Source: an uncultured Gammaproteobacteria bacterium (lineage in GTDB: Bacteria > Patescibacteriota > Patescibacteriia > UBA9934). Taken from it: a stretch of 64,000 nucleotides of DNA. Made by a program: the position numbers and the translations under genes. Below are positions 8,866 to 16,965 of this stretch, piece after piece. The DNA is taken from positions 142 through 64,141 of the forward strand of contig CAYFMS010000002.1 of the NCBI GenBank assembly GCA_964344415.1, read 5' to 3'. The notes under the pieces are model-generated. The model had not been told where the DNA came from. It ran no database searches and worked only from the letters and a program-made list of their open reading frames with translations. The first letter of the stretch is position 1; each line of letters starts with the position of its first letter.

Positions 8866-11280
8866 TTACCCTGTGACTCGAATGACGATATCTCCATCCT
8901 GAATATCAGCATGGACGGTTCGTGCATTTTTACATGACAAAAGTTGTTCTGCGATTGGTATCTCTATTTTATTCTCAATCATGCGTGAAATGTCGCGGGC
9001 ACCGTATTGTTTGCGAATATCTTTGGCGAGCTTTTGCGGTACATTGGATCCGGCACTAAAATCGAGCCCCAGATTCATGAGTCTATTCGCGAGTTCTGAA
9101 ATCTGCTTTTTAATAATGCGTTTTACATGATGATCTGTCAGCGGTTTGAAGAGACCAAGGTAATTCATTCTACCCAGAAACTCGGCCGAAAAATGCGATC
9201 GTAATTCTTTTTCAAATGCTTCATCTTTATCCGAATTCTTTGTGAATCCAAGACCGTCACTATTTGCAATGCGCGATCCGGTATTTGATGTAAAAACAAA
9301 TACAGCATTTTTTGCATTGATTGTTCTTCCTGTTGAATCGGTTGCGACACCGGAATCGAGTATTTGAAGTAAGGCATGCTGCACATGCGGATGAGCTTTT
9401 TCGATCTCGTCAAAAAGAATAAGAGAGTGTGGATGTTGTTTTAAGTGATCCGTGAGTTTCGCACTTTCGCGATAACCGACATATCCCGCTGGCGCCCCAA
9501 AAAGACTGGAAACAGTAAAACTTGATGCATATTCGCCCATATCAAGTCTTAAGATAGGCGTATTCTTGAACAGATGCTCAGCTATTTTCTCTGCAAGAGA
9601 TGTTTTTCCGCTTCCGCTTGGTCCTGCAAAGAAAAATGATGCAAGCGGACCGCGATGCTTACCGAGCCCAATCACACTTCGAACAAGAGATCGCGACACC
9701 TGATCAATGATATGATCTTGGCCAATAATATCTTTTTTGAGTGTACGTCGTAGTTTTGATAACTGCTTTGATTTCGATTTTGGCTGCACATTCATGCCCG
9801 TCATCTGCTCAATGACATGCAAAATCTCTTTCTCATCTATAACAGTTTGCTTCGCCTTACTCTCTTTTTTCAATTTCTTTAATGCACGCTTGATTTCATC
9901 TTCACGTTTTTTACATTCCTTTGCTTTGTCATACTGTTCATCGCGAGCGAATGATTCTTTTTTCTTCTTTATATCCCGAAGCTCCTTATGTAATTTTTCC
10001 TTATTTGCCAACGTTTTCGTCTTTTTCGGGCGGAATGTTGAACCGGCTTCGTCAAGAATATCTATCGCTTTATCAGGGAAGTGCCGATCAAGCATGTACT
10101 TAGAAGCACCTTTTACAGTCGACAGTATGGCTTGATCGCTATACCGCACATTATGATGTTCTTCATAATATGGAATGATGCCGCGTAGTATCTGGAGCGT
10201 TTTCTCTTCATCAGGCTCATGAACGCGAATCGACTGAAAGCGTCGCTCAATCGCATTATCCTTTTCGATATGCTTTTTATATTCACTGAGTGTAGTTGCC
10301 CCGATGCATCGAATAGTACCCCTTGCAAGTGCGGGCTTTAAAATATTTGCAGCATCAAGAGATCCGCCGGCACTTCCGGCCCCCATAATGGTATGAACTT
10401 CATCAATGAAAAGAATAATATTTCCGCATTCCTCAATTTCTTCGATGAGTTGCCGTAAGCGAGATTCGAATTCTCCTCGATACATTGTTCCAGCAAGCAC
10501 GGCAGATAGGCTGAGTGAATGCAGTTTCATTCCCTTCAAATGAACCGGAACATCACAGTCCGCAATGCGTTTTGCAAGTCCTTCGACAATAGCTGTTTTT
10601 CCAACACCAGGATGACCGATGAGAATGGGATTATTTTTACTCCGTCTACCCAATATGGTCATCATGCGACTGATTTCTTTCTCTCTGCCAAAAACCGTAT
10701 CAATATTTTTTGAGTATTCATGATGCGTGAGCTCATCCGTAAAATAATCAAGAGCCGGGTACGCTGGCGTTTTCTCGTCTTTTTGCGCAGGACTCGTTGT
10801 TAAAATCCCGTCTCCAATTTGAGGGACTGAGAAGGGAAAATCAGAACTCACCTTGAATGTTGTTTGTAGTGATTCATCAAGAAAGGCGATATCAATATCA
10901 AAATCAGAAAAATAGCTCATGACCTCATCTGATTTCATTTGAAGTAGCGCATAAAGTAAATGCTCGGTCCCGATGAATCTATGTTCATATAAATTGGCGA
11001 CGGCTACCGCTTTTTCTATCATGACTTTTGCATCATTCGATAGGGTAGGGAGAGCCTCTTTTTTCTGCTGTTTCATTGATGTGCAGGCAATGAAAATACT
11101 TTCCGCATCTGCTCCAGATTTACTGAGTACATCAGCGGCAAGCGATCCTTGCTGACTTGATAGAGCCCATAAAATGTGAATAGGGTCCACGGTTTCATGA
11201 TGCTGTTCAACAACAAATGTGAGCGCACGTGCGAGGACGCTTTTTAAATGATCGGTGAATTTTGAAATGATATCTTGCAT
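8866..11280 (-). CDS. clpC: ATP-dependent Clp protease ATP-binding subunit (ClpC-type, two AAA+ modules)
   Basis: Clp N-domain repeats, Walker A GHPGVGKTA and GPSGSGKT, charged coiled-coil linker, sensor motifs. Start chosen at internal ATG (M12 of the 815-aa ORF) so that it does not overlap htpX. Confidence 0.85.
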   Translation of the reverse strand: MQDIISKFTDHLKSVLARALTFVVEQHHETVDPIHILWALSSQQGSLAADVLSKSGADAESIFIACTSMKQQKKEALPTLSNDAKVMIEKAVAVANLYEHRFIGTEHLLYALLQMKSDEVMSYFSDFDIDIAFLDESLQTTFKVSSDFPFSVPQIGDGILTTSPAQKDEKTPAYPALDYFTDELTHHEYSKNIDTVFGREKEISRMMTILGRRSKNNPILIGHPGVGKTAIVEGLAKRIADCDVPVHLKGMKLHSLSLSAVLAGTMYRGEFESRLRQLIEEIEECGNIILFIDEVHTIMGAGSAGGSLDAANILKPALARGTIRCIGATTLSEYKKHIEKDNAIERRFQSIRVHEPDEEKTLQILRGIIPYYEEHHNVRYSDQAILSTVKGASKYMLDRHFPDKAIDILDEAGSTFRPKKTKTLANKEKLHKELRDIKKKKESFARDEQYDKAKECKKREDEIKRALKKLKKESKAKQTVIDEKEILHVIEQMTGMNVQPKSKSKQLSKLRRTLKKDIIGQDHIIDQVSRSLVRSVIGLGKHRGPLASFFFAGPSGSGKTSLAEKIAEHLFKNTPILRLDMGEYASSFTVSSLFGAPAGYVGYRESAKLTDHLKQHPHSLILFDEIEKAHPHVQHALLQILDSGVATDSTGRTINAKNAVFVFTSNTGSRIANSDGLGFTKNSDKDEAFEKELRSHFSAEFLGRMNYLGLFKPLTDHHVKRIIKKQISELANRLMNLGLDFSAGSNVPQKLAKDIRKQYGARDISRMIENKIEIPIAEQLLSCKNARTVHADIQDGDIVIRVTG

Positions 11281-11281
11281 A

Positions 11282-12184
11282 TCACATCGATCGTAACTTC
11301 GCGATACGGTCATTAATTGGTGGATGTGTATTGAAGAGCTTACTCAAGAAACTGACGGGCCTTTTCTTTCCATTCGCATCCGCTTTGAAGGGATCAGAAA
11401 TATACAGATGGGCCGTCGCATGATTTGCTCGTTTCAGCGGCGGCGCAGAGGCGATTTTTTCAAGAGCGCTTGCGAGTCCTTCAGGATGACGTGTAAGCAT
11501 CGCACCAGACGCATCTGCCAAATATTCCCTTGTTCTTGAAATAGAGAGTCGTATGATTTGTGCAAATAGAGGAGAGAGAATGCCCAAAACAAGCCCCACG
11601 ACGAGAATGGCGAGCCCGATCTTATTATCTCGATTACCGCGCCGGCGATAGAATTGCGATCGAAGTAAAATATCTGAAAGGAGAACAATCAGTCCGATTA
11701 AAACGACAACAATCGTCATGATTCGAATATCATAATTCTTAATATGGCCGAGTTCATGTGAGAGTACACCCTCGAGCTCTTGTTTATTCAGCCGTTCAAG
11801 TAATCCTGTCGTGACGGCGACAGATGCATGTTCTGGGTCACGCCCTGTTGCAAAAGCATTCGGGCTAGGATCGTCAATGACATAGACTTTTGGAACGGGA
11901 AGGCCGGCAGTAATGCAGAGATTTTCAACCATTGCATACAATTCATATGCTTCCTTTTTGGTCACCTCTTTTGCCCCCTGACTGGAAAGCGCCACTTTGT
12001 CAGCTGAATAAAAACTGATGAGCGAATAAATAAAAGTAATAACAAATCCCAGTATGGCGCTACTGACAAGGTCGAGCTCTAAAAATGCCATGCCAAAGAA
12101 AATAACAATAATCGTCGCGACGATTGAGAAGAGGAAAAGTAATATCCACGTATTGCGTTTATTGCGTGATATCGCTTTGTACAT
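11282..12184 (-). CDS. htpX: zinc metalloprotease HtpX (M48 family)
   Basis: 300 aa; HELGH zinc-binding motif (LSHELGHIKNYD); four TM helices. Confidence 0.85.
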   Translation of the reverse strand: MYKAISRNKRNTWILLFLFSIVATIIVIFFGMAFLELDLVSSAILGFVITFIYSLISFYSADKVALSSQGAKEVTKKEAYELYAMVENLCITAGLPVPKVYVIDDPSPNAFATGRDPEHASVAVTTGLLERLNKQELEGVLSHELGHIKNYDIRIMTIVVVLIGLIVLLSDILLRSQFYRRRGNRDNKIGLAILVVGLVLGILSPLFAQIIRLSISRTREYLADASGAMLTRHPEGLASALEKIASAPPLKRANHATAHLYISDPFKADANGKKRPVSFLSKLFNTHPPINDRIAKLRSM

Positions 12185-12186
12185 AG

Positions 12187-12213
12187 AGAAAAAGCCTCGA
12201 GTGATCGAGGCTT
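12187..12213 (-). terminator. rho-independent terminator after lemA
   Basis: aagcctcgagtgatcgaggctt hairpin plus T-run on the minus strand, immediately before the htpX start. Confidence 0.6.
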
Positions 12214-12766
12214 AGAATGTTACTTCTGGTGTGTTATTTACTTCATCTGGTGCATCGAAGAAATCTCGATTTTTGAACCCGAGCATGCCGGCAAATATAT
12301 TCGTTGGGAATACTTGTTGTTTTGTATTGAAATCTCGAACTTGGCCATTGTAGAACCGTCTTGCAGATTGAATCTTGTCTTCCGCGTCCACAAGTTCTCG
12401 CTGCAAATGCAAGAAATTATCTGATGCTTTCAGGTCCGGATATCCTTCCGCAACAGCGAAAAGACTTTTAATTGTTTCCGTAAGCATGTTTTCACTTTCT
12501 GCATGTTCAGCTGGGGTCTTCGCTTGCATGGCTTGACTGCGAGCTTCCGTCACTTTTGTGAAGACGCTGTCCTCGTGTTTCGCATATCCCTTTACGGTAT
12601 TCACAAGGTTAGGGATGAGGTCGTATCGACGCTTTAATTGCACCTCGATGTCAGACCATGCTTCATCAACGCGATTACGTGATCGAATAAGTCCATTAAA
12701 AACAGCAATTAGCCCGAGAGCGAGCAGGATAACAATAGCTAAAACAATAATAAGAACTGTAGGCAT
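12212..12766 (-). CDS. lemA: LemA family protein
   Basis: 184 aa; N-terminal TM then conserved LemA core (NGLIRSRNRVDEAWSDIEVQLKRRYDLIPNLV). Confidence 0.85.
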   Translation of the reverse strand: MPTVLIIVLAIVILLALGLIAVFNGLIRSRNRVDEAWSDIEVQLKRRYDLIPNLVNTVKGYAKHEDSVFTKVTEARSQAMQAKTPAEHAESENMLTETIKSLFAVAEGYPDLKASDNFLHLQRELVDAEDKIQSARRFYNGQVRDFNTKQQVFPTNIFAGMLGFKNRDFFDAPDEVNNTPEVTF

Positions 12767-12825
12767 AATATTTGTGATTATATGGCTATCTTATGTTTTT
12801 TTCGGCCATTTCGTCAATCTCTCAT

Positions 12826-12909
12826 TTAAGTCCGACTTAAATCCGGCCATTTAAGTCGGACTTAATATCGGGGCGATAGTCTCAGAAACGGTATTTGAGA
12901 TCCGATCTC
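12826..12909. repeat. perfect 16-bp-arm inverted repeat TTAAGTCCGACTTAAA-N8-TTTAAGTCGGACTTAA plus GAGATCCGATCTC palindrome in the lemA/phosphohexomutase divergent intergenic region
   Basis: 12826-12865 hairpin/operator-like palindrome; 12897-12909 gagatccgatctc. Shares the AAGTCGGAC and GAGATCGGATCTC modules with repeats A and B. Confidence 0.8.
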
Positions 12910-12933
12910 AAGGCATGATAGACTTATTTCACT

Positions 12934-14262
12934 ATGAATTTTCCAAAAAAAGTTTTTAAATCATACGATATCCGGGGGCTGTTGGATGAAATCACGCCCG
13001 ATCTTGCTCGAGCGGTGGCTGCAGCAGTAATACGGCTGACAAATGCAAAAACGATTGTCATCGGTCGAGATATGCGCGAAACAAGTCAGGGACTTATGGA
13101 TGCGGCAATTCGAGGCGCTGTAGAGCAGGGTGCGAATGTAAAAAATATTGGCCTCTGTTCATCTTCAATGTTCAATTATGCGGCCGCGCGCGAGGGTGTC
13201 GACGCTGGAATTATGATTACGGCATCGCATAATCCATCTGAATACAATGGCATGAAGGCAGTTCGGAGCGAATCACGCCCAATATCAACGCAAGATATTT
13301 GGGATGAAATACAGAGGGAGGAGAGCGTTGAAGCTCCAGATGGCGACGTGATTGAGGAAGATATTTTAAATGACTATCTTGAAAAATGCATAGATCTCGC
13401 AAATATTCCAGATATTTCCGATTTGTATGTCATTGTTGATTTCGGGAATGGCATGGGTCCGGTGAGTATGATTCCTCTTCTTGAGCGCATTGGGATTCAA
13501 TATGAAGTGATGTATGAAGATCTTGATGCTCGTTTCCCGAATCATGAGGCGAATCCTGCAAAGGTGGAGACATTAAATGATCTCATCCAGAAAATAAAAG
13601 AAACGGGTGCAGATTTTGGCATTGCGACAGATGGGGACGCGGACAGAATTGGGTTTGTGGATGGAAATGGCGATATTCTGCGTGGTGATCAGATTTTGGC
13701 ATTGCTTGCGCAGCATAAGCAGGGGAATGGCGATGAGAATATAAAGGTGACGGCTCCGGTAAATGTCGGATGGGCGCTTGATGAATATTTGAATGAGATT
13801 GGATTAGAGCGCATTGAGTCAAAAATCGGTTGGTCTAATGTATCTCAGAAAATGCGTGACGCTGGATCGAGCCTTGGTGGTGAGACTTCGAGTCATTTCT
13901 TTTTCAAGGAATTCAGCTATCGCGAGGCAATTGATTATGCATTCTTGCTCATCCTTGCTGAGATAAAGAGAACAGGAAAGACGCTTGCCGAGTTAGCGGC
14001 GCCCCTTCGCAGTATGCATAATAGCGGTGAGGTGAATGTTGAGGTTGCGGATAAAGACGCTGTTCTCCAGGATGTGAAGGATCAATATTCGGATCAAGCA
14101 AAACAGATGAATGATTTAGACGGAATTCGATTTGATTTCGATGATTGGTGGTTTATTATGCGCCCTTCTAATACGGAGCCAGTTTTGCGTTTGACGGTCG
14201 AGGCTCGTTCAGAGGAATTAATGAAAGAAAAAGTCACCGAACTTTCTGAAATGATGAAATAG
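12934..14262 (+). CDS. alpha-D-phosphohexomutase (phosphoglucomutase/phosphomannomutase or GlmM-like)
   Basis: 442 aa; active-site Ser motif TASHNPSEYNGMK; metal-binding DGDADR; sugar-binding GGETSSHFFF. Confidence 0.8.
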   Translation: MNFPKKVFKSYDIRGLLDEITPDLARAVAAAVIRLTNAKTIVIGRDMRETSQGLMDAAIRGAVEQGANVKNIGLCSSSMFNYAAAREGVDAGIMITASHNPSEYNGMKAVRSESRPISTQDIWDEIQREESVEAPDGDVIEEDILNDYLEKCIDLANIPDISDLYVIVDFGNGMGPVSMIPLLERIGIQYEVMYEDLDARFPNHEANPAKVETLNDLIQKIKETGADFGIATDGDADRIGFVDGNGDILRGDQILALLAQHKQGNGDENIKVTAPVNVGWALDEYLNEIGLERIESKIGWSNVSQKMRDAGSSLGGETSSHFFFKEFSYREAIDYAFLLILAEIKRTGKTLAELAAPLRSMHNSGEVNVEVADKDAVLQDVKDQYSDQAKQMNDLDGIRFDFDDWWFIMRPSNTEPVLRLTVEARSEELMKEKVTELSEMMK

Positions 14263-14340
14263 TTATCCCCAATCAATGTCCGACTTTGATTGTGGATAAG
14301 TAAATCCGATTTGAGATCGGATCTCAGATCGGATCTCGGG
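14263..14340. repeat. composite palindromic repeat A: TTATCCCCA-N19-TGTGGATAA (DnaA-box-like arms) followed by tandem GAGATCGGATCTC palindromes
   Basis: Directly read: 14263 ttatccccaatcaatgtccgactttgattgtggataa 14299; gagatcggatctcagatcggatctc at 14313-14337. Confidence 0.8.
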
Positions 14341-14388
14341 GAGGGGGGAGTTGCAAGGAGGTGGTTTTTTGCTAAACTTACCGTGATT

Positions 14389-15471
14389 ATGATTATCACA
14401 ACGATATTGGTTTTTCTTATCATGCTATCCATTCTTGTTGTCGCACATGAATGGGGACATTATTTTGCTGCTCGTCGCATGGGGGTGCGCGTCGACGAAT
14501 TTGCAATTGGTTTCCCTCCACGTCTTTTTTCAAAAAAAGACAAAAATGGAACAAGATGGGCTTTTAACTTAATCCCACTCGGTGGATATGTGAAAATCCA
14601 TGGAGAAACGGGCGAGCATAAGGACGATAAAGATAGTTTTGGAAGTAAATCGCTCTGGGCGCGCCTGCTCATTCTATCTGCTGGCGTCATGATGAACCTC
14701 GTTATCGCGGCTTTCATGTTTGCAATAGGTTTTGCAATTGGGCTCCCTGTTTCTACATCTGGCGAAGTTGATGAACATATCATTATTTCAGATGAAAGGA
14801 TTAGTATTGTACAGCTTGTCAGTGAATCTCCAGCTGATGGAGTGCTGAAACTCGGGGATGAACTCGTATCGATAGACGGGCGTGAATTCGAGTCGGCAGC
14901 GCAGGTGAGGGTATATCTCGACACTATTCCGGAGGGTGAGTCGACAGAATTCACCGTATTACGTTCAGATGAGCAGCAGGTGGTGGAGATAAGTCCTGAA
15001 TACCTCGAAGAAATTGAAGAAAGCGGATTTGGTATCGCATTTACCCAAGTTGGAACGGGGAAATATCCTTGGTATCTTATTCCATTTAAAGCCATTGAAA
15101 CCACATTCAATTACACGGTTTTGATCGTATTCGCATTTGTGGGACTTCTTATAAACCTTGTTACGGGATCGGGTGTCGACGCTGCGGTTGCTGGCCCAAT
15201 TGGAATCGCGGTCGTAACGGGCGAAATGGCACAGCTTGGATTTGTTTATTTGCTTCAATTCGCCGCCGTACTGTCGATTAATTTGGCCATTCTGAACATC
15301 TTGCCATTTCCAGCGCTTGATGGTGGACGGATTATGTTCCTCATCGTTGAAGCGATCAGGCGTAAGCCAAATAGCCCAAAAATAGAAGCGATGATTCACA
15401 ATGCAGGATTCTTATTCCTCATCATTTTAGTGATAGTGGTAACATATAGAGATATCGTGAACTTATTTTAA
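14389..15471 (+). CDS. rseP: RIP metalloprotease RseP / site-2 protease (M50 family) with PDZ domain
   Basis: HEWGHYFAARRMG (HExxH), PDZ region, LDG motif (NILPFPALDGGR). ATG at 14389 preceded by GGAGGTG; the ORF extends upstream to 14290 across repeat sequence. Confidence 0.8.
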   Translation: MIITTILVFLIMLSILVVAHEWGHYFAARRMGVRVDEFAIGFPPRLFSKKDKNGTRWAFNLIPLGGYVKIHGETGEHKDDKDSFGSKSLWARLLILSAGVMMNLVIAAFMFAIGFAIGLPVSTSGEVDEHIIISDERISIVQLVSESPADGVLKLGDELVSIDGREFESAAQVRVYLDTIPEGESTEFTVLRSDEQQVVEISPEYLEEIEESGFGIAFTQVGTGKYPWYLIPFKAIETTFNYTVLIVFAFVGLLINLVTGSGVDAAVAGPIGIAVVTGEMAQLGFVYLLQFAAVLSINLAILNILPFPALDGGRIMFLIVEAIRRKPNSPKIEAMIHNAGFLFLIILVIVVTYRDIVNLF

Positions 15472-15473
15472 GT

Positions 15474-16520
15474 ATGAAAGAGCAGCTTGAATCGATAAAA
15501 AAAGAATTTGAATCCGTTATTCGTGATGTAACGAGTTTGGAAGCACTTGAGTCAATTCGTGTAGATTTTCTCGGGAGAAAGGGGAAGGTTGCCGAGGTGC
15601 TCAGAGGGCTTCCCGATATGGCGGAAGATGCTCGTCGAGAGATGGGGCAGCTTGCTAATGAAGTGAAGAGTTTTATCGAAGAGCAATTTAGTATCGCCGA
15701 AATAGACGTTCTAAAGCGTGAAAAAGGTCAGAGGGTTCAAGAAGAATGGATTGATATCACTGCACCGGCCAAAGATCTGGATATTGGACATTTGCATCTG
15801 ACCACGCAGGCGATTAATGAGATTGTTGAGATTTTTGAACAAATCGGTTTTTCACGATCACGGCATCCTGAAGTCGATTGGGATTGGTATGCTTTTGAAT
15901 CTCTTAATTTACCGAAAGACCATCCAGCGCGCGATGAATGGGAAACATTCTTCATTGCAGACGGTGAACAAATCATGAAGGGGGAGAAGGGTAAGGTGGT
16001 TCTTACGCCGCATACCAGTAATGCGCAAGTGAGGCAGATGGAAGTGCAGAAACCACCGATTCGCATGATTAGCATCAATAAAACATATCGACGTCAAGCG
16101 GGTGTGCGGCATTTGCCGATGTTTCATCAATTTGAAGGCTTGCTCATTGATGAAAAAACGAGCATTGCAGAATTGAAGGGCGTGATTGACCATTTTGTGC
16201 AAAACTTTTTTGGTCCTGATAGGACGACTCGACTGCGGCCCCATCATTTTAGATTTACAGAGCCAAGTTTCGAGGTAGACATTTCGGCGGAAGCTGGTCG
16301 TGAAGATGAAAAATTATTTAAAGCTGGCTGGCTCGAGCTTGGTGGTGCCGGAATGGTGCATCCGAATGTTATAAAAGCAGCTGGACTTGATCCAGAAAAA
16401 TACACCGGTTTCGCTTTTGGATTCGGCATAGAAAGGGTGGCAATGATGAAATCAGGAATCAATTTGTCTGATATTCGGCCAATGTATAAAAATGATTTGA
16501 GGTTTTTACGACAATTTTGA
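15474..16520 (+). CDS. pheS: phenylalanine--tRNA ligase alpha subunit
   Basis: 348 aa; class II aaRS motifs FRFTEPSFEVD and GWLELGGAGMVHPNV. Confidence 0.92.
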   Translation: MKEQLESIKKEFESVIRDVTSLEALESIRVDFLGRKGKVAEVLRGLPDMAEDARREMGQLANEVKSFIEEQFSIAEIDVLKREKGQRVQEEWIDITAPAKDLDIGHLHLTTQAINEIVEIFEQIGFSRSRHPEVDWDWYAFESLNLPKDHPARDEWETFFIADGEQIMKGEKGKVVLTPHTSNAQVRQMEVQKPPIRMISINKTYRRQAGVRHLPMFHQFEGLLIDEKTSIAELKGVIDHFVQNFFGPDRTTRLRPHHFRFTEPSFEVDISAEAGREDEKLFKAGWLELGGAGMVHPNVIKAAGLDPEKYTGFAFGFGIERVAMMKSGINLSDIRPMYKNDLRFLRQF

Positions 16521-16541
16521 TAGCTGGTAAGTTGTAGCTGA

Positions 16542-16553
16542 TAGCTTGTAGGT
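16542..16553. repeat. left inverted repeat (TAGCTTGTAGGT) flanking the four-helix-bundle gene
   Basis: Pairs with ACCTACAAGCTA at 16941-16952; additional partial copies (gtagctg / cctacaacctaca) nearby. Confidence 0.7.
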
Positions 16554-16925
16554 ATGGGAACGCAATCACACAAAGACCTTATTGTATGGCAAAAGGCTAT
16601 GAATCTTGTCGAGTTGATTTACCGGATTACGAGTGAATTTCCTCGCTCGGAGCAATTCGGCCTAGGGTCACAAATGACAAAATCAGCAATATCTATACCT
16701 TCAAATATTGCTGAAGGACGGAGGCGCTCCTCGAGGAAAGATTATGCAAGATTTGTGAATACTGCATTTGCATCAGCGGCCGAACTGGAAACACAAGTAG
16801 AAATAGCTAGACGTATTGGTTACATAAATGAAATCCAGTTCGAAATGACGAATCAACTTATCGAAGAGGTGCTAAAAATATTGAATGTTATGAATCAGAA
16901 GCTTCGGCTACCAGCCACAAGCTAA
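16554..16925 (+). CDS. four helix bundle protein (23S rRNA intervening-sequence protein family, TIGR02436-like)
   Basis: 123 aa; characteristic DLIVWQKAMNLV...IPSNIAEG...SAAELETQVEIA pattern; flanked by inverted repeats (16542-16553, 16941-16952). Confidence 0.8.
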   Translation: MGTQSHKDLIVWQKAMNLVELIYRITSEFPRSEQFGLGSQMTKSAISIPSNIAEGRRRSSRKDYARFVNTAFASAAELETQVEIARRIGYINEIQFEMTNQLIEEVLKILNVMNQKLRLPATS

Positions 16926-16940
16926 AACTTAAAACCTACA

Positions 16941-16952
16941 ACCTACAAGCTA
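16941..16952. repeat. right inverted repeat (ACCTACAAGCTA) flanking the four-helix-bundle gene
   Basis: Reverse complement of 16542-16553. Confidence 0.7.
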
Positions 16953-16965
16953 ACCCCTACACCCT

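Noticed and set aside
14460-15399. Antisense ORFs inside rseP (14460..15110, 14965..15399)
   Set aside because: Opposite strand of a well-supported M50 protease gene; no RBS; composition typical of shadow frames.
16244-16573. Minus-strand 109-aa ORF spanning the pheS end and the inverted repeat
   Set aside because: Antisense to the pheS C-terminus; no start signal.
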